Of a DNA stretch of 64,000 nt, positions 1-12,147 are shown in pieces; positions within the stretch are counted from its first letter, which is position 1, and each line of letters begins with the position of its first letter. The stretch comes from Octopus bimaculoides (lineage: Eukaryota). The notes below the pieces were generated by a model. The model made no database searches and was not told the DNA's origin. It saw only the letters and a list, made by a program, of their open reading frames with translations. The stretch lies in contig NC_068981.1 in the NCBI RefSeq assembly GCF_001194135.2, forward strand, positions 57,363,210 through 57,427,209, written 5' to 3'. Position numbers and translations under genes: made by a program.

Positions 1-1780
1 AACTTTCACAAACCATACATATACAAGCCTTCATGACCTAAGTTATAACATATTTCCAAAACTGCATTGCAAAGACGATATTCCAACTTTAAACCCAGTG
101 AACACTTCAGTACTGTTTACTCTCAGATCCTCTACAATGCTTAAGTATACACCCACACCATAAAGTAGAGCTCATGTATCTAGGATAAAGCAGCTACAAT
201 ACATACATAAACAAGACTGTATCCAAAGAAAAGCCTGGTTGATTGACAAACCTTCACTCACTAACATTTTACAACTACTCCTTAGGACCATGGTGGCTCA
301 TGTATAGGAATTGCAGAACTGCAGCACCCCTTATTTCCACTCAATATCATCAATAACATTCAATATAATGAATCATTTTTCTTTAATTCTTTCTTTATAC
401 TTGTACATTATATAATCCTTAAGCTTAATGTCAGTAGCCATCACCTAGTTTATGAAAAAAGTACAAAAATCCTTGTATAGAACTGTGCACTTCACAGTCC
501 CAGCAATGCGGTGTTTGGCTGTTGTGCGCATGCTCACATGTCCGAGATAGGAAGCTTCACACTAGGGAGAGAGAGCACTGCATGAACGACAGTGCTGGCT
601 GAAAGGTAGTGTTTCTTTTTGACTCCACGTGTGTTGTGCATAAAAATGTGTTTATATTCTTGAATGTGATAAAGTGTAGAATTAGATTATTATCCTGCTT
701 CCAGCTTCAGTGTTGTTGCCAGGATTTGAAAAATAGGGCACATTTCCACCGCCCCTTTATTTTGTGATTTAGAAGGTATTTTTGAAAAACAAGGGGAAAT
801 TCGCATCGGTGTTCAGTGAACAAATTAAACACACTACTCGGCAGTGGCTAAAATGTGAACCAATCAAGTTTATGTATAAATTTTCTTTTTATATGTTTGA
901 TGATGATGATGTTTCCTTTTACACAACATTAAAGCAATGGCTAAAAATTTTCTGTGCTGCACCCCAACTAATTTTATCTACAAGCTACCAATGTTTAGGA
1001 CACATAAACTAGCTCCTCTCTATTACCTGCATTGTTACTACAATAGTCCTCAATCCTATCCAAATCATCTGTAAATCAGAGCAAAAACTGGGGCACTACT
1101 CTCTTCCTATTGGAATAAAATGTGAAATATAATCCTACTCATATGGTTATACCCCATATATATATATGTATCCTTCTATAGAAAATCTATTGAGTTTATA
1201 CTTTACAGGAGCAGGTTTAGTTAGGGGATGAAAACAATTATGGTTGTGAAAACATTTATTTCCCTATCATAGAAATTTAGGTACAATTTTCTAATATCAA
1301 TGTATTTATTTAACAGCAGTTGTTTACAATAAAAATGCAAGTTTTCAAGTGATGGTCTGGAGAAAATCTAGACATATACAAATTATCCATTCTATTTGCT
1401 TTCTCCTATCTTTTGAATTCACTAGCGCTTGATGATATTTTTTACCAGCATAAAATTCATATATGTCTTGTTTAAATATATTTCTCTTCGCACGTTGAAG
1501 GCAACAAGGATCCAGATTAAAATTATCAAAGGAACAGCAAAATCTGTTACGATTGGAAATAAAGTGGAGCTTAAGTTCTCACTGAATTAAGATGGTATCA
1601 GTGTTTTAATGTATATTAAGCTCAACGTTATATAACTTGGAAACAATACTCCAGCATAGAAGATTATTTTTATCTGCCAAAATGAAAGTAGGGAGTCTAG
1701 TTTAAGTTAATGAAGAGGTCCAAGGGAAATAACTCTTGAAACCATTGCTATGACAACATCAAAATAAAAAAAATAAAAAA

Positions 1781-2287
1781 ATGAAGAAAATTATCGTGAA
1801 AAAAATGCCTGTATCTGGAAATTTTCTATCACAGGACTCTACACTACAAATAATCAATGCTGTAAGTAATGGAAATGTTGCAGTCACTCGAAAGTTATTA
1901 CGATCAGGAATTGATCCTAATATCCGTAATGATAAAAATCAGTCATTAATCTGCATCGCCAGCCGTGCAGGAAATTTAGCAGTAATAGACGAACTTCTTC
2001 AAAGGGGTGCCAAAGTCAATTTCGCGTCTACCGATGGTTGTACGGCTTTACATGTCGCAACTGAAGCTAAGCATGAAGATATTGTTAAAAGACTTATCGA
2101 CGCTGGAGCTTCAACGACAGCAACAACTTTATCGGGTTTAAAGCCGATTGACTTAGCGAAATATGAAACTTCAATTTGGTATGCGCTGAGAAAGGCTGAG
2201 AATGATGAAAAAGCTAAATCCGAGGCAGGTTATGCTCAGACGTCGACCGCCAGAAATCGAAATCACACACTCCGTCGAAGCTCGTAG
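1781..2287 (+). CDS. Single-exon ankyrin-repeat protein (168 aa from the first ATG; three full ANK repeats plus a partial fourth)
   Basis: Uninterrupted ORF bounded upstream by an in-frame TGA at 1751. ANK consensus blocks: IINAVSNGNVAVTRKLLRSGIDPN, LICIASRAGNLAVIDELLQRGAKVN, GCTALHVATEAKHEDIVKRLIDAGA, GLKPIDLA. The true start could be the second ATG (MPVSG...). Confidence 0.85.
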   Translation: MKKIIVKKMPVSGNFLSQDSTLQIINAVSNGNVAVTRKLLRSGIDPNIRNDKNQSLICIASRAGNLAVIDELLQRGAKVNFASTDGCTALHVATEAKHEDIVKRLIDAGASTTATTLSGLKPIDLAKYETSIWYALRKAENDEKAKSEAGYAQTSTARNRNHTLRRSS

Positions 2288-3049
2288 AAAAAAAAAAAGG
2301 AAAATTTCGATAAAAAACACTTGGAAGGAAAAGAATGAATTTTCCAATCATTTTTGTCCAATATTTCGAGTAACATCGGACTAATGAGCCACAAAATATC
2401 TTGCAGTCCTTTAATTCTGAGTTGGAATCCCACTGAAGTCCACATCGTCTTTCATCATACTGGGGGAATTGATGAAATAAGTGTTATATACTTCATATAC
2501 TTTTTTTGAAAATCATTAATGATCGGCAAAAATCGATAATAATGGTACTAATCGTAAATTTGTTTAACTGTTTTATTTTATTTCATTCTCAAATTATTAT
2601 TCCCCCCCCCTCCTTCTCTTCTCTCTTACACAGTTATACATACGTACACATAAACATACAAACACAAGCACTTACATGTGGGTACGTGCATGGAACATTC
2701 ATAGATGCTGATAATAAGTGCTTTTTACCTTTTACTCTCACTCGCTGCAACTTGTTTCATTTACAAACAACCTTCGAAAGATAAACGTTATTTCGAAAGT
2801 AACAAAAAAATTTCTTTTACTTTTCTTTTTTTTTCTCTCCTTTGACCGTTGATTTATTCTTCGTCAGCGATGATAGATGAGTTTATATATGTAGATACTT
2901 TACGATATTTTTCAATTTGTTTGGAGTTAATGTTTTTTTTTGTTTTTTTTTTCTGATTCATTAAATTTACCGATAACTGTTATTAACGTTGAACTGGTTT
3001 GTGTGTGCGTGTGTGTGTTTCACCAATCAACTTGTAATGTTTCAGATTT

Positions 3050-3252
3050 GGTACTACTAAAGAAGAGTGGTCCCCAACGCGCACCCAAATAAAAATAACA
3101 CACTACCTGTTTTTGTTAATTTCATACATTTTCAAATTCAACTTTCAAGAACGCTATCCAAATCGCACGTGGTTGTCAAGGTCTAGAATGTATTCATTTG
3201 CATACGCGCACTCGCGACTGCGCGTTGGGGACCATTCTTTTTTAGTAGTACC
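3050..3252. mobile_element. MITE-like element with ~34-bp terminal inverted repeats
   Basis: ggtactactaaagaagagtggtccccaacgcgca (3050-3083) is inverted at 3219-3252 (tgcgcgttggggaccattcttttttagtagtacc). Confidence 0.6.
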
Positions 3253-4004
3253 TCAGATTTTTTTTTATTTGTGAAAGGTACGACGAAGGAAGGAGTGAGA
3301 ATTAAGAAATTCTTGTAAAAGAAAAGAAAAAAAAAAAGTGAATTACAAATGTTTCAGAATGTGGAATACAATAAAATGATGACAAACAGCGAAAAAAAAA
3401 AAATAATAATAATGATAATTACANNNNNNNNNNNNNNNNNNNNNNNNNNNNNNNNNNNNNNNNNNNNNNNNNNNNNNNNNNNNNNNNNNNNNNNNNNNNN
3501 NNNNNNNNNNNNNNNNNNNNNNNNNNNNNNNNNNNNNNNNNNNNNNNNNNNNNNNNNNNNNNNNNNNNNNNNNNNNNNNNNNNNNNNNNNNNNNNNNNNN
3601 NNNNNNNNNNNNNNNNNNNNNNNNNNNNNNNNNNNNNNNNNNNNNNNNNNNNNNNNNNNNNNNNNNNNNNNNNNNNNNNNNNNNNNNNNNNNNNNNNNNN
3701 NNNNNNNNNNNNNNNNNNNNNNNNNNNNNNNNNNNNNNNNNNNNNNNNNNNNNNNNNNNNNNNNNNNNNNNNNNNNNNNNNNNNNNNNNNNNNNNNNNNN
3801 NNNNNNNNNNNNNNNNNNNNNNNNNNNNNNNNNNNNNNNNNNNNNNNNNNNNNNNNNNNNNNNNNNNNNNNNNNNNNNNNNNNNNNNNNNNNNNNNNNNN
3901 NNNNNNNNNNNNNNNNNNNNNNNNNNNNNNNNNNNNNNNNNNNNNNNNNNNNNNNNNNNNNNNNNNNNNNNNNNNNNNNNNNNNNNNNNNNNNNNNNNNN
4001 NNNN

Positions 4005-4381
4005 GTAAGTAGCTTGCTTACCAACCACATGGTTCTGGATTCAGTCCCACTGCGTGGCACCTTGGGCAAGTGTCTTCTACTATAGCCTCGGACCGACCAA
4101 AGCTTTGTGAGTGGATTTGGTAGACGGAAACTGAAAGAAGCCTGTCGTATATATATATGTGTGTGTATATGTTTGTGTGTCTGTGTTTGTCCCCCCAACT
4201 TCGCTTGACAACTGATGTTGGTGTGTTTACGTCCCCGTAACTTAGCGGTTCGGCAAAAGAGACCGATAGAATAAGTACTAGGCTTATAAAGAATAAGTCC
4301 CGGGGTCGATTAGCTCGACTAAAAGGCGGTGCTCCAGCATGGCCGCAGTCAAATGACTGAAACAAGTAAAAAGAGTAAAGA
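4005..4381 (+). mobile_element. tRNA-derived SINE (5' end cut by gap)
   Basis: tRNA-like head (gtaagtagcttgcttaccaaccacatggttctggattcagtccc), family body ...gtggatttggtagacggaaactgaaagaagcc, (TA)/(TG) linker and tail ...gctccagcatggccgcagtcaaatgactgaaacaagtaaaaagag. Related copies lie near 11430-11780, 25640-25790(-), 28390-28530(-), 36930-37010, 52320-52470(-), 53230-53430(-) and 57430-57540(-). Confidence 0.85.
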
Positions 4382-4647
4382 GTTGCGATTGAGCAGACGA
4401 TAAATAATTGCAGTAAAGCGCATGCGTTAAGTGAGGGAATTTTAAAAAATAAAATATAAACAAACTCCACTGTTCACTGTCCAACTACCAACAAGGTTCA
4501 GTCCGAGTTATTTACTGATAGAGAATTTTTCATTTCAACCCATCTATCTATTAATATATCTCTCTATTTGTTAAGGAGGGTAGAAATTGATATTAATCAA
4601 TTAAAACCAGTGGTCTAGCATATTAAAAAAATCCGAAGATTAAAATT

Positions 4648-4923
4648 ATATTACATATAAAAATGAGAGGAATGACCAACAAAAGTGGACTCCTATATGC
4701 TAGAAATAGATGCCGAATCATCTAACCACGAAAAAAATATATGTTCTCAGTAAAAATTTAGCGACACAACAGACTGTAAAGGGCAAAACAAATACAGTCT
4801 GTTGTGTCGCTAAATTTTTACTGAGAACATATATTTTTTTCGTGGTTAGATGATTCGGCATCTATTTCTAGCATATAGGAGTCCACTTTTGCTGGTCATT
4901 CCTCTTATTTTTATATGTAATAT
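4648..4923. repeat. Near-perfect foldback (two ~130-bp arms, 14-nt loop)
   Basis: 4648-4778 is the reverse complement of 4793-4923, with about two mismatches seen by eye. Confidence 0.9.
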
Positions 4924-5536
4924 CTCTCTATTTGCATAGCTTTTTCTATATCGGTACGTCACCTACCTACCTATCTGCCTGCCCACCTATCTGGCTGTCT
5001 ATGTAACTATATCTACTTTCCTTTCTGCCGATGCGTGTATCTGTTTTCTTTCATAACACTGATAAACATTTAAACCTACAGAAAAAAAAAAATTAAATAA
5101 CCGCATTGCTCCAGCATGGCCACAGGTTTTGGTCTGGAACACGTAAAAGATAAAAGTATAACTTCCACAGCTATTGGCTAAGTTTAATTCACTTTAATTT
5201 AACCACCGATTGATATACTTTTTAAAGCGTAGATTTATAGATCTTACTGGCATTGTTTCATCGTGATGTATTTTTAACAGATAAATGTAGAATAATAGGA
5301 TCCTTTTTAAAACGGGGGCCACATTTTTCATTAACGAAACACTTTGAAACTTGGAACACTGGTAGAATGTGTCATATAAAACATCTTTTTCTCTTAGTCT
5401 TCTTTAAAAAAAAAGAAATCCATAAATTATTCCATGTTAAAGTTGTCGTATTTCTGTAATTTCAACCAATCACTGACGTCCATTCAGCCGATATACATTA
5501 AGTGCCGACTACATAAACAAACGATTCTGAAACAAT

Positions 5537-5580
5537 TAACCCTAACCCTAACCCTAGGGTTAGGGTTAGGGTTAGGGTTA
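5537..5580. repeat. Short palindromic telomere-type repeat (TAACCC)3-TA-(GGGTTA)4
   Basis: Read directly from the sequence; lies 42 bp before the 5623-6055 gap. Confidence 0.9.
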
Positions 5581-6184
5581 AAGCAAATTTAAAATGAAAA
5601 AAGCAAATAAAACGAAGGTATGNNNNNNNNNNNNNNNNNNNNNNNNNNNNNNNNNNNNNNNNNNNNNNNNNNNNNNNNNNNNNNNNNNNNNNNNNNNNNN
5701 NNNNNNNNNNNNNNNNNNNNNNNNNNNNNNNNNNNNNNNNNNNNNNNNNNNNNNNNNNNNNNNNNNNNNNNNNNNNNNNNNNNNNNNNNNNNNNNNNNNN
5801 NNNNNNNNNNNNNNNNNNNNNNNNNNNNNNNNNNNNNNNNNNNNNNNNNNNNNNNNNNNNNNNNNNNNNNNNNNNNNNNNNNNNNNNNNNNNNNNNNNNN
5901 NNNNNNNNNNNNNNNNNNNNNNNNNNNNNNNNNNNNNNNNNNNNNNNNNNNNNNNNNNNNNNNNNNNNNNNNNNNNNNNNNNNNNNNNNNNNNNNNNNNN
6001 NNNNNNNNNNNNNNNNNNNNNNNNNNNNNNNNNNNNNNNNNNNNNNNNNNNNNNNTCATTCTTTATTTTGTTCTTTCTTTTTTCCCTATCCTTTCTCTCC
6101 CTCCCTCCCCCCTCTCTCTTTATGTATTTATATATATATATATATATAAGCAAGCTAGGAGAGTCGATTTACACAGAATATTAG

Positions 6185-6530
6185 ATACATTTAATAGAAA
6201 AAAATATATACATGTGTATGGATATAAAATAGTCCGACTTACAGAATATAAATATCATGAGTTAAATAGCTAGAGTTTTACGAGTCCAACAGCTGTTTCT
6301 GGAGACTTGGTAGTCCGGAATAATGATAGTTACTTGGATCCAGTATCGGATAACACTGCTTCCGTCTTCAGGGAAGAATTTTACATTTGAGGTGTGGACA
6401 GATATGGAGTTTAAACTCCCAAAAAAACAGCTGTTGGACTCATAAAATTCTACTCATTTAACTCCTGATATCATTTATATTCTGTTAGTTAGACTATCTT
6501 ACATCCATACTCATGTACATCTTTTTCTAT
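6185..6530. repeat. Foldback repeat, probably Penelope-derived, containing a degenerate hammerhead-like motif on the minus strand
   Basis: Arms ~6185-6300 and ~6420-6530 are imperfect reverse complements (gagtccaacagctgtttc / aaacagctgttggactc). The minus strand reads CUGAAGA-CGG...CCA-GAAAC-AGCU-GUU. Confidence 0.6.
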
Positions 6531-7013
6531 TAAATGTATTTAAGTAAGAAGGCAAACAAACCACAAACCCCTTCAGGTAGATGGCCCTGCTTGATCTGTA
6601 GAAAAGGCGTAGGTAGAAACTCCATAAGATGTACCCAGTGAAATTGACCATAGGACTTATTCTTTGTAAGCCTAATAATTCTATTCTCTTTCGTCAAAAT
6701 GCTAAGTTATGGGGACATAAACACACCAACATCAGTTGTCAAACAAAAGTGGCATGATACAAAGATACACTCACATAAATACATATATATATATGACCTT
6801 TGAATAGTCAGGCGACACACCGTACTTGAGGAGACCTATTGAGTCAAGTAAAATCAGTTTCTCTCTACCAAATCCATTCACAAAGTTTTGGTCAGCCTAA
6901 GGCTATAGTAGAAGACAGCTGCCCAAGGTGTCATGCAGTGGGACTGATTCTGGAACCATGTGGTTGGGAAGCAAGCTTCTTACCACACAGCCATACCTGT
7001 GATATATATATAC

Positions 7014-7106
<93 letters not shown>

Positions 7107-7107
<1 letters not shown>

Positions 7108-7278
7108 TAGTGGCATGTAAAAAGCACCCACTACACTCTCGGAGTGGTTGGCATTAAGAAGGGCATCCAGGTGTAGAAACATTGCCAGATCAGATTGGAG
7201 CCTGGTGCAGCCTCCTGGCTTGCCAGTCCCCAATCAAACTTTCCAACCCATGCTAGCATGGAAAACGGACGTTAAACG
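7107..7278 (+). mobile_element. RTE-LINE 3' tail / LINE-related short repeat (abundant family)
   Basis: aaaagcacccactacactctcggagtggttggcattaagaagggcatccag...ccaacccatgctagcatggaaaacggacgttaaacg. Near-identical copies lie at ~24205-24383, 40466-40580(-), 41140-41290, 45425-45590, 47680-47770, 50440-50610 and 59745-59930. The same tail terminates RTE coding fragments at 19.3-19.45 kb and 50.4-50.6 kb. Confidence 0.8.
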
Positions 7279-8500
7279 AAAGGGGTGCTGAAAAGTTCCT
7301 GGCTTTAGGTAAAAGAAATACAGGAGAATCCTCCCAGATTCACACACATATTGGAACAGACCTTCAGTTTTTTAAAGCCCTGTAAAAGAACTTGAAGGGT
7401 TGGGCCTCCAACTTTTCATAATACCATTAAAGCTAGGAACTTTTCAGCACTCTCACTCTGTGTGTGTGTGTGTATGTATGTGTATGTGTATATATATATA
7501 TATATGATCTCTGTAACATAATCCATGTTCCCATGATGATCTGTTGTGGGTCATTGCACTTGGATCATCCAATGCAGCAGTTGCAAAGTAGTGAAGCAGA
7601 CATAGAGAACAAGTTATATAAACTTATGTTTATCATAATTTCTCCTACATCTCTCACCACATTACATTGACCAAAGTACTGCTCTCAAGAGCAATACATT
7701 ACATTGACAACACATGTATTGCTATGGGGAGCAATTCATTGGTCAAACTAAAAACAGTTTACACCAGAGGATGACTGTACATAGATCCCAGATTAAAATA
7801 CAGAAAAATAGCATTAGGTGGACACATCAATGTTTGCGCTACTAACAAACAACCCAACTTTAGGATTTTCCCCCTCTATAAATTTAGGGACAATGCAACC
7901 TATAATCAGCGCGTTAACAAAGAATCATATTTTGTTGCAAAATATAAACCTCTATTGAATGCTTCCACCACAGATGACACTACTACAAGGATCTTAGAAT
8001 AATACCCGTGCAAATATTAAAAATGATAGATATATTCAGAACATGAATTTATTTGGAACAATTCCAACCACTACTGCTACAACCACAACAGGTCACTTTT
8101 AGGTCACAAACAATCTACTACTGGGTCATACCACTCCTATCTTTTCTTTTTTCTTCTCCTTCTTCTCCATCTCTTTCCCTGGCAGCTGCTTCTGCTTAAA
8201 CCATCAAACTTCAGAATCAACATTTTTCTGCACTCATAAAAACTATTTCTTCAGATCTATTACTACCTTCAGAGCCTTCACAAAGGAAAACAGAGAGGCA
8301 TAAAAAAGGAAAATGTCCTACCTATTTGAAGACTATGAAAATATTTACAAAACATTTCATTTAAATTTTTTCTTCAATTTAATTGTTTTCCATGTTTTAC
8401 TCTTAGTTGAAAAAGTCGAAAAGACTGAAACTGGTACTAACTTTTAAAAATGTACTGCATGACAAAATTATTTTAGCATTTTCTACCTTGTCTTATTTTC

Positions 8501-8536
<36 letters not shown>

Positions 8537-10569
8537 AGAAGGTACTGAAAAGTTCCTGGCTTTAAGGATATTGCAAAAGGCCTGATAGGAGGTCCAAAAT
8601 CATTTAAAGAGCTTAGAATAATTGAAGGACCACTGCAATAAGTGCTTGAATCTGAGAGCAGAGTATATTGAATAAAATCATAATTACTGTAAAAACCTAT
8701 GTAATTTGCACACCTGTGTAATTTACACAGGTGATTTACAGGATAAAAATTGTTAAAAAAAAGCTTATACTCAAGTAAAATTCGCACCTAAAAGTTTTTA
8801 GAATTGCCAATATGGTCAGGAGAAAAAGGTTTTCAATTTAGTTGTATTTAGTATAATTTCACGAACTTATGATTAGATTTTATTAAATTTTCATTAAATA
8901 AAAATAATTTCTGTTTAACAGGTATCACATTAAAAGCTATCAAATTACAAAGTGTCTGTGTTGTCTATATAAATAAAATCGGCTTTGCCGGACTGACATT
9001 TGTCAGTCCATTTTACTCACTCAGCACACCCTCTTTCTCCACCCTTATGAGACTGACAATGTCAGTCTGCTTTAGTCATTCGGTATACCCTCCTCCTCCT
9101 CCTCCTTTGACATTACCGTCTGAATAATAAAAATAGATGAAAAATATGATGTTGATTGTGTGTGTGTGTGTGTCTCCATGTAACCAGAACATGGTCTTAC
9201 AAGCCATGAGCATATAAGTCATGTACTGGCTAAGTGACTTGCCTTCAACCCTGGCAGGTACATGATGTTGATAAGCCGCAAAAATAGCAAAACACCCAGT
9301 GTCCATCACTCCCAAATGGGATTGAAGCTGAGTTACCTTGCCTGTCCATGACTCTAAAGTGTTTTAACACTCACTTTGAGAGTGTATATACTCCACCACA
9401 CTATTGCAGCCACCAGAAAATACACAAAGCATATAGGTTAAGTATATATGGTTAATAATATATATATGTTAAATTTTTATTAAAAATGAAACAGAGAGTT
9501 CATCAAGACTTGAGTTTCACACCAGTGCAATCATTAGATTTAGCCTGATAATTGCAGACATGAAACTAAAGTCACAAGACAAACTCACAGCTTTAGGTGG
9601 CTTTTAAAAAAAATGTATCTGTGAGTGAGTATGAGTGTATGTATGTTTGTGTCTTGACATTGCATGATTGTTTTAAATAAAAGTTATTCATTTCCATTCT
9701 GCAAAAGTATGTCTGACCATAGAGAAATATTACCTGGCTTCGAAACAGATAAAAGGCTGGTGACAAGAAGGGTACCATACTATAGAAAATCTGTTTCAAT
9801 ATACTGTTTGGCCCATGCAAGCATGAAAAAGTATATATTAAAATGATGATGATGATGAAGAAAATTGGATTAGCTTCTTTCTTTCATTATTATTTTTTTG
9901 GCGGGAAGAAGGCTTTACATAAATCAGTCCAAAGTGAATGGTCCTCTCAATGGTGGGAGGAAATTATCATCAAGCCTAGAGGCCTGTCCAAATGTATTTA
10001 GCGAAAGCTCTGCTAATGACACACAATAGCCAAGTAGTGGTGTTAAAACAGGTGACATATTCATCCAGTTTTCATCTACCAAATTCCCCTGAAAAAGATT
10101 TGGTCAACCCAAGGGTCTGGTAGTAAAAAATCATAAGCAAAGTACTGTGCAGTGGTACTGAACTTCAAAACATGGTTGTGAAGCAAATACCACACAGCTG
10201 TACTTACAACCATTTTTAGGTACTGTAACTGACATATTTCAAGAGGGTAATGGACTGGCAATGTTGGCAGTGATGAGCAAAAGGTATCATGGGTAATTTA
10301 GTTACATCTATTTTTACATTACAAGTTCAAATCCTGTCAAAACTGGAAGTTTCAAAAAAGTCGACTGATGCTTCTTGTGATAGGAAATGTTGCTGACAAT
10401 ATTAGATTATAGTCCCTACTGATGTACCACTCCTCATATTCAATTACCTACAAGGACTATGTTAAGTTTACTCTGCTTGTGATTTTGGCATTCAAATAAG
10501 AAGAATGATTTCAAGATTTATCAAAGACTAGTTCACAAACTTTTAGGATCTGCTGTAGAAATGTACTGT

Positions 10570-11260
10570 GATCTAAATAGTATATTCAACAAAATATTGT
10601 TTCTTTTAGACAATGCACCTTGTGAATTTCAATTATTTTTCTGATCATGAGTGTGGAATTATATCCCTAAGAACAATATTTCTTTGTTCTCACAAATAGA
10701 TCATAGGGCATTAGCTAAATTCAAAGCCTATATCTGAGAAGGCTTTTGGAACAATTCATAAAAGCAATTGATAGAGAAGATAAACTGAGAGACAGTGACT
10801 TCTGGAAAAAGTTCAACATTATGGATGCAATAGCCTTTTCATGAGATGAAGTAAAAACTCTCAGCTATGAAAGGTACTTAGCAAAACATACAGCCAGACT
10901 GTTTCCAAGTCTTTATAGATTTTCCAGCAAAAGAATGTTTACATCAAGGTAAGCAAGACACTGTGAACACTGGCAAATGATATAAGATTTGAAAAAGTCG
11001 TAGATAACATGGTTGTGTTGTAGCATCCCAAAGAGAAAGTTTATTTAAGAGAACAAGAGAAAGCTGTAGTGCAAGAAGAGAATATCAAATATACTGACTC
11101 CACCTCAGTAAACTGCAAAGAGTTTGAGTTAATAGCTGGTACTTATAGAGAAAGCTGTATAAGTCTTTGTTGTTAATGATCCTAATCACAAAAGTAAAAT
11201 AAAATGTAGAAGAGGAGTTCATTATGATCTCAGTTCTCATACTGAGCTATACAGAGAGAT
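10570..11260 (+). pseudogene. Decayed pogo/Tigger-type DDE_1 transposase
   Basis: Frameshifted remnants KILFLLDNAP (10591-10620) and a P-N-T-S...Q-D-G...FKAY-like block (10660-10740). Confidence 0.65.
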
Positions 11261-12147
11261 GGTGTACATCTCTTTGTGTTTCATCAAAATGCTTAATGTC
11301 CTCTAAACTAATATGCTGTAGACAGATTTGTTGGGAAGGTACAGGTCACCAATGTAAGCAGTACAAAAACACTGTTTGTCTAACAAATAGTTGTTTGTTA
11401 TGAGCTACACAGCAACGAAAAGAACATCAAAACTACCTGTTATTTTTGATAACATGGTTCTGGGTTCAGTCCCACTGCATGGTGCTTTGGGAAAATGTCT
11501 TCTACTACAACCTCGGAACAACGAAAACCTTATAAGCAGATTTGGTAGATGGAAACTGAAAGAAGCTTATCATATATGTGTGTGTGTTTTTGTGTCCCCC
11601 ACCACTGCTTGACAACCAGTGTTGGTGTGTTTACATCCCCATAACTTAGAGTTAAGCAAAGGAGACCGACAGAATAAGCACCACTGGGGTCGATTCACTC
11701 AACTAAAACAAACTGTTCAAGGGGGTGCCTCAGCATAACCGCAGTCTAATGACTGAAACAAGTATAACATAAAGATAAAAGATGGATGTGATTTTAATTT
11801 TAAGATCTTAGGATATATTCATAGCAAAGATATAATGTTTATGACATGAAACACCAGATGAATACTTCACTCAGTCAGATACCACCAAAATATAGGTGTT
11901 GGCTTAGGGCAGCTCATACAATAGTAATATGTGAAGAACCAATAACCTATACAGTGTGGAAGATATGTTTCTCAGTGCAATCTAACTCTTGGTAATGGTG
12001 GTGGATAAGTAAAATAATGACAAGGAATAGTGCTAGAACAACAGTTTAAGTAAAGTGTATTTCAATATAGAAATAGATAACAACTAGATATTCTTAAAAC
12101 GAAAGTTTATTTCATCTAAAATTATTCTACATTATTTACCGTTTTTT

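Noticed and set aside
490-610. Promoter-like motifs (gtcccagcaatgc, tgcgcatgc) and a donor-like aaag|gtagt as a first exon of the ankyrin gene
   Set aside because: Motif matches are partial, and no acceptor could be tied to the ORF without transcript data.
5537-5580. Chromosome end-to-end fusion scar
   Set aside because: Repeat orientation is opposite to a fusion junction, only seven units are present, and no subtelomeric context is visible.
3349-6273. Long ORFs in the track at 3349-4198 and 5578-6273
   Set aside because: They are runs of X across N-gaps (3424-4004, 5623-6055). The same applies to 35253-35715, 47991-48764 and 51675-52331.
6839-7233. ORFs with YIYIYI, CVCVCV, HTHTHT or ERERER tracts (also 28007-28565, 37331-37768, 54969-55229, 58471-58944)
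   Set aside because: Translations of (TA)n, (TG)n and (GA)n microsatellites within or next to SINEs; no domain content.
8090-8200. Lys/Glu-rich minus-strand frame (KQKQLPGKEMEKKEKKKEKIGVV*)
   Set aside because: Low-complexity purine tract with no supporting upstream exon or domain.
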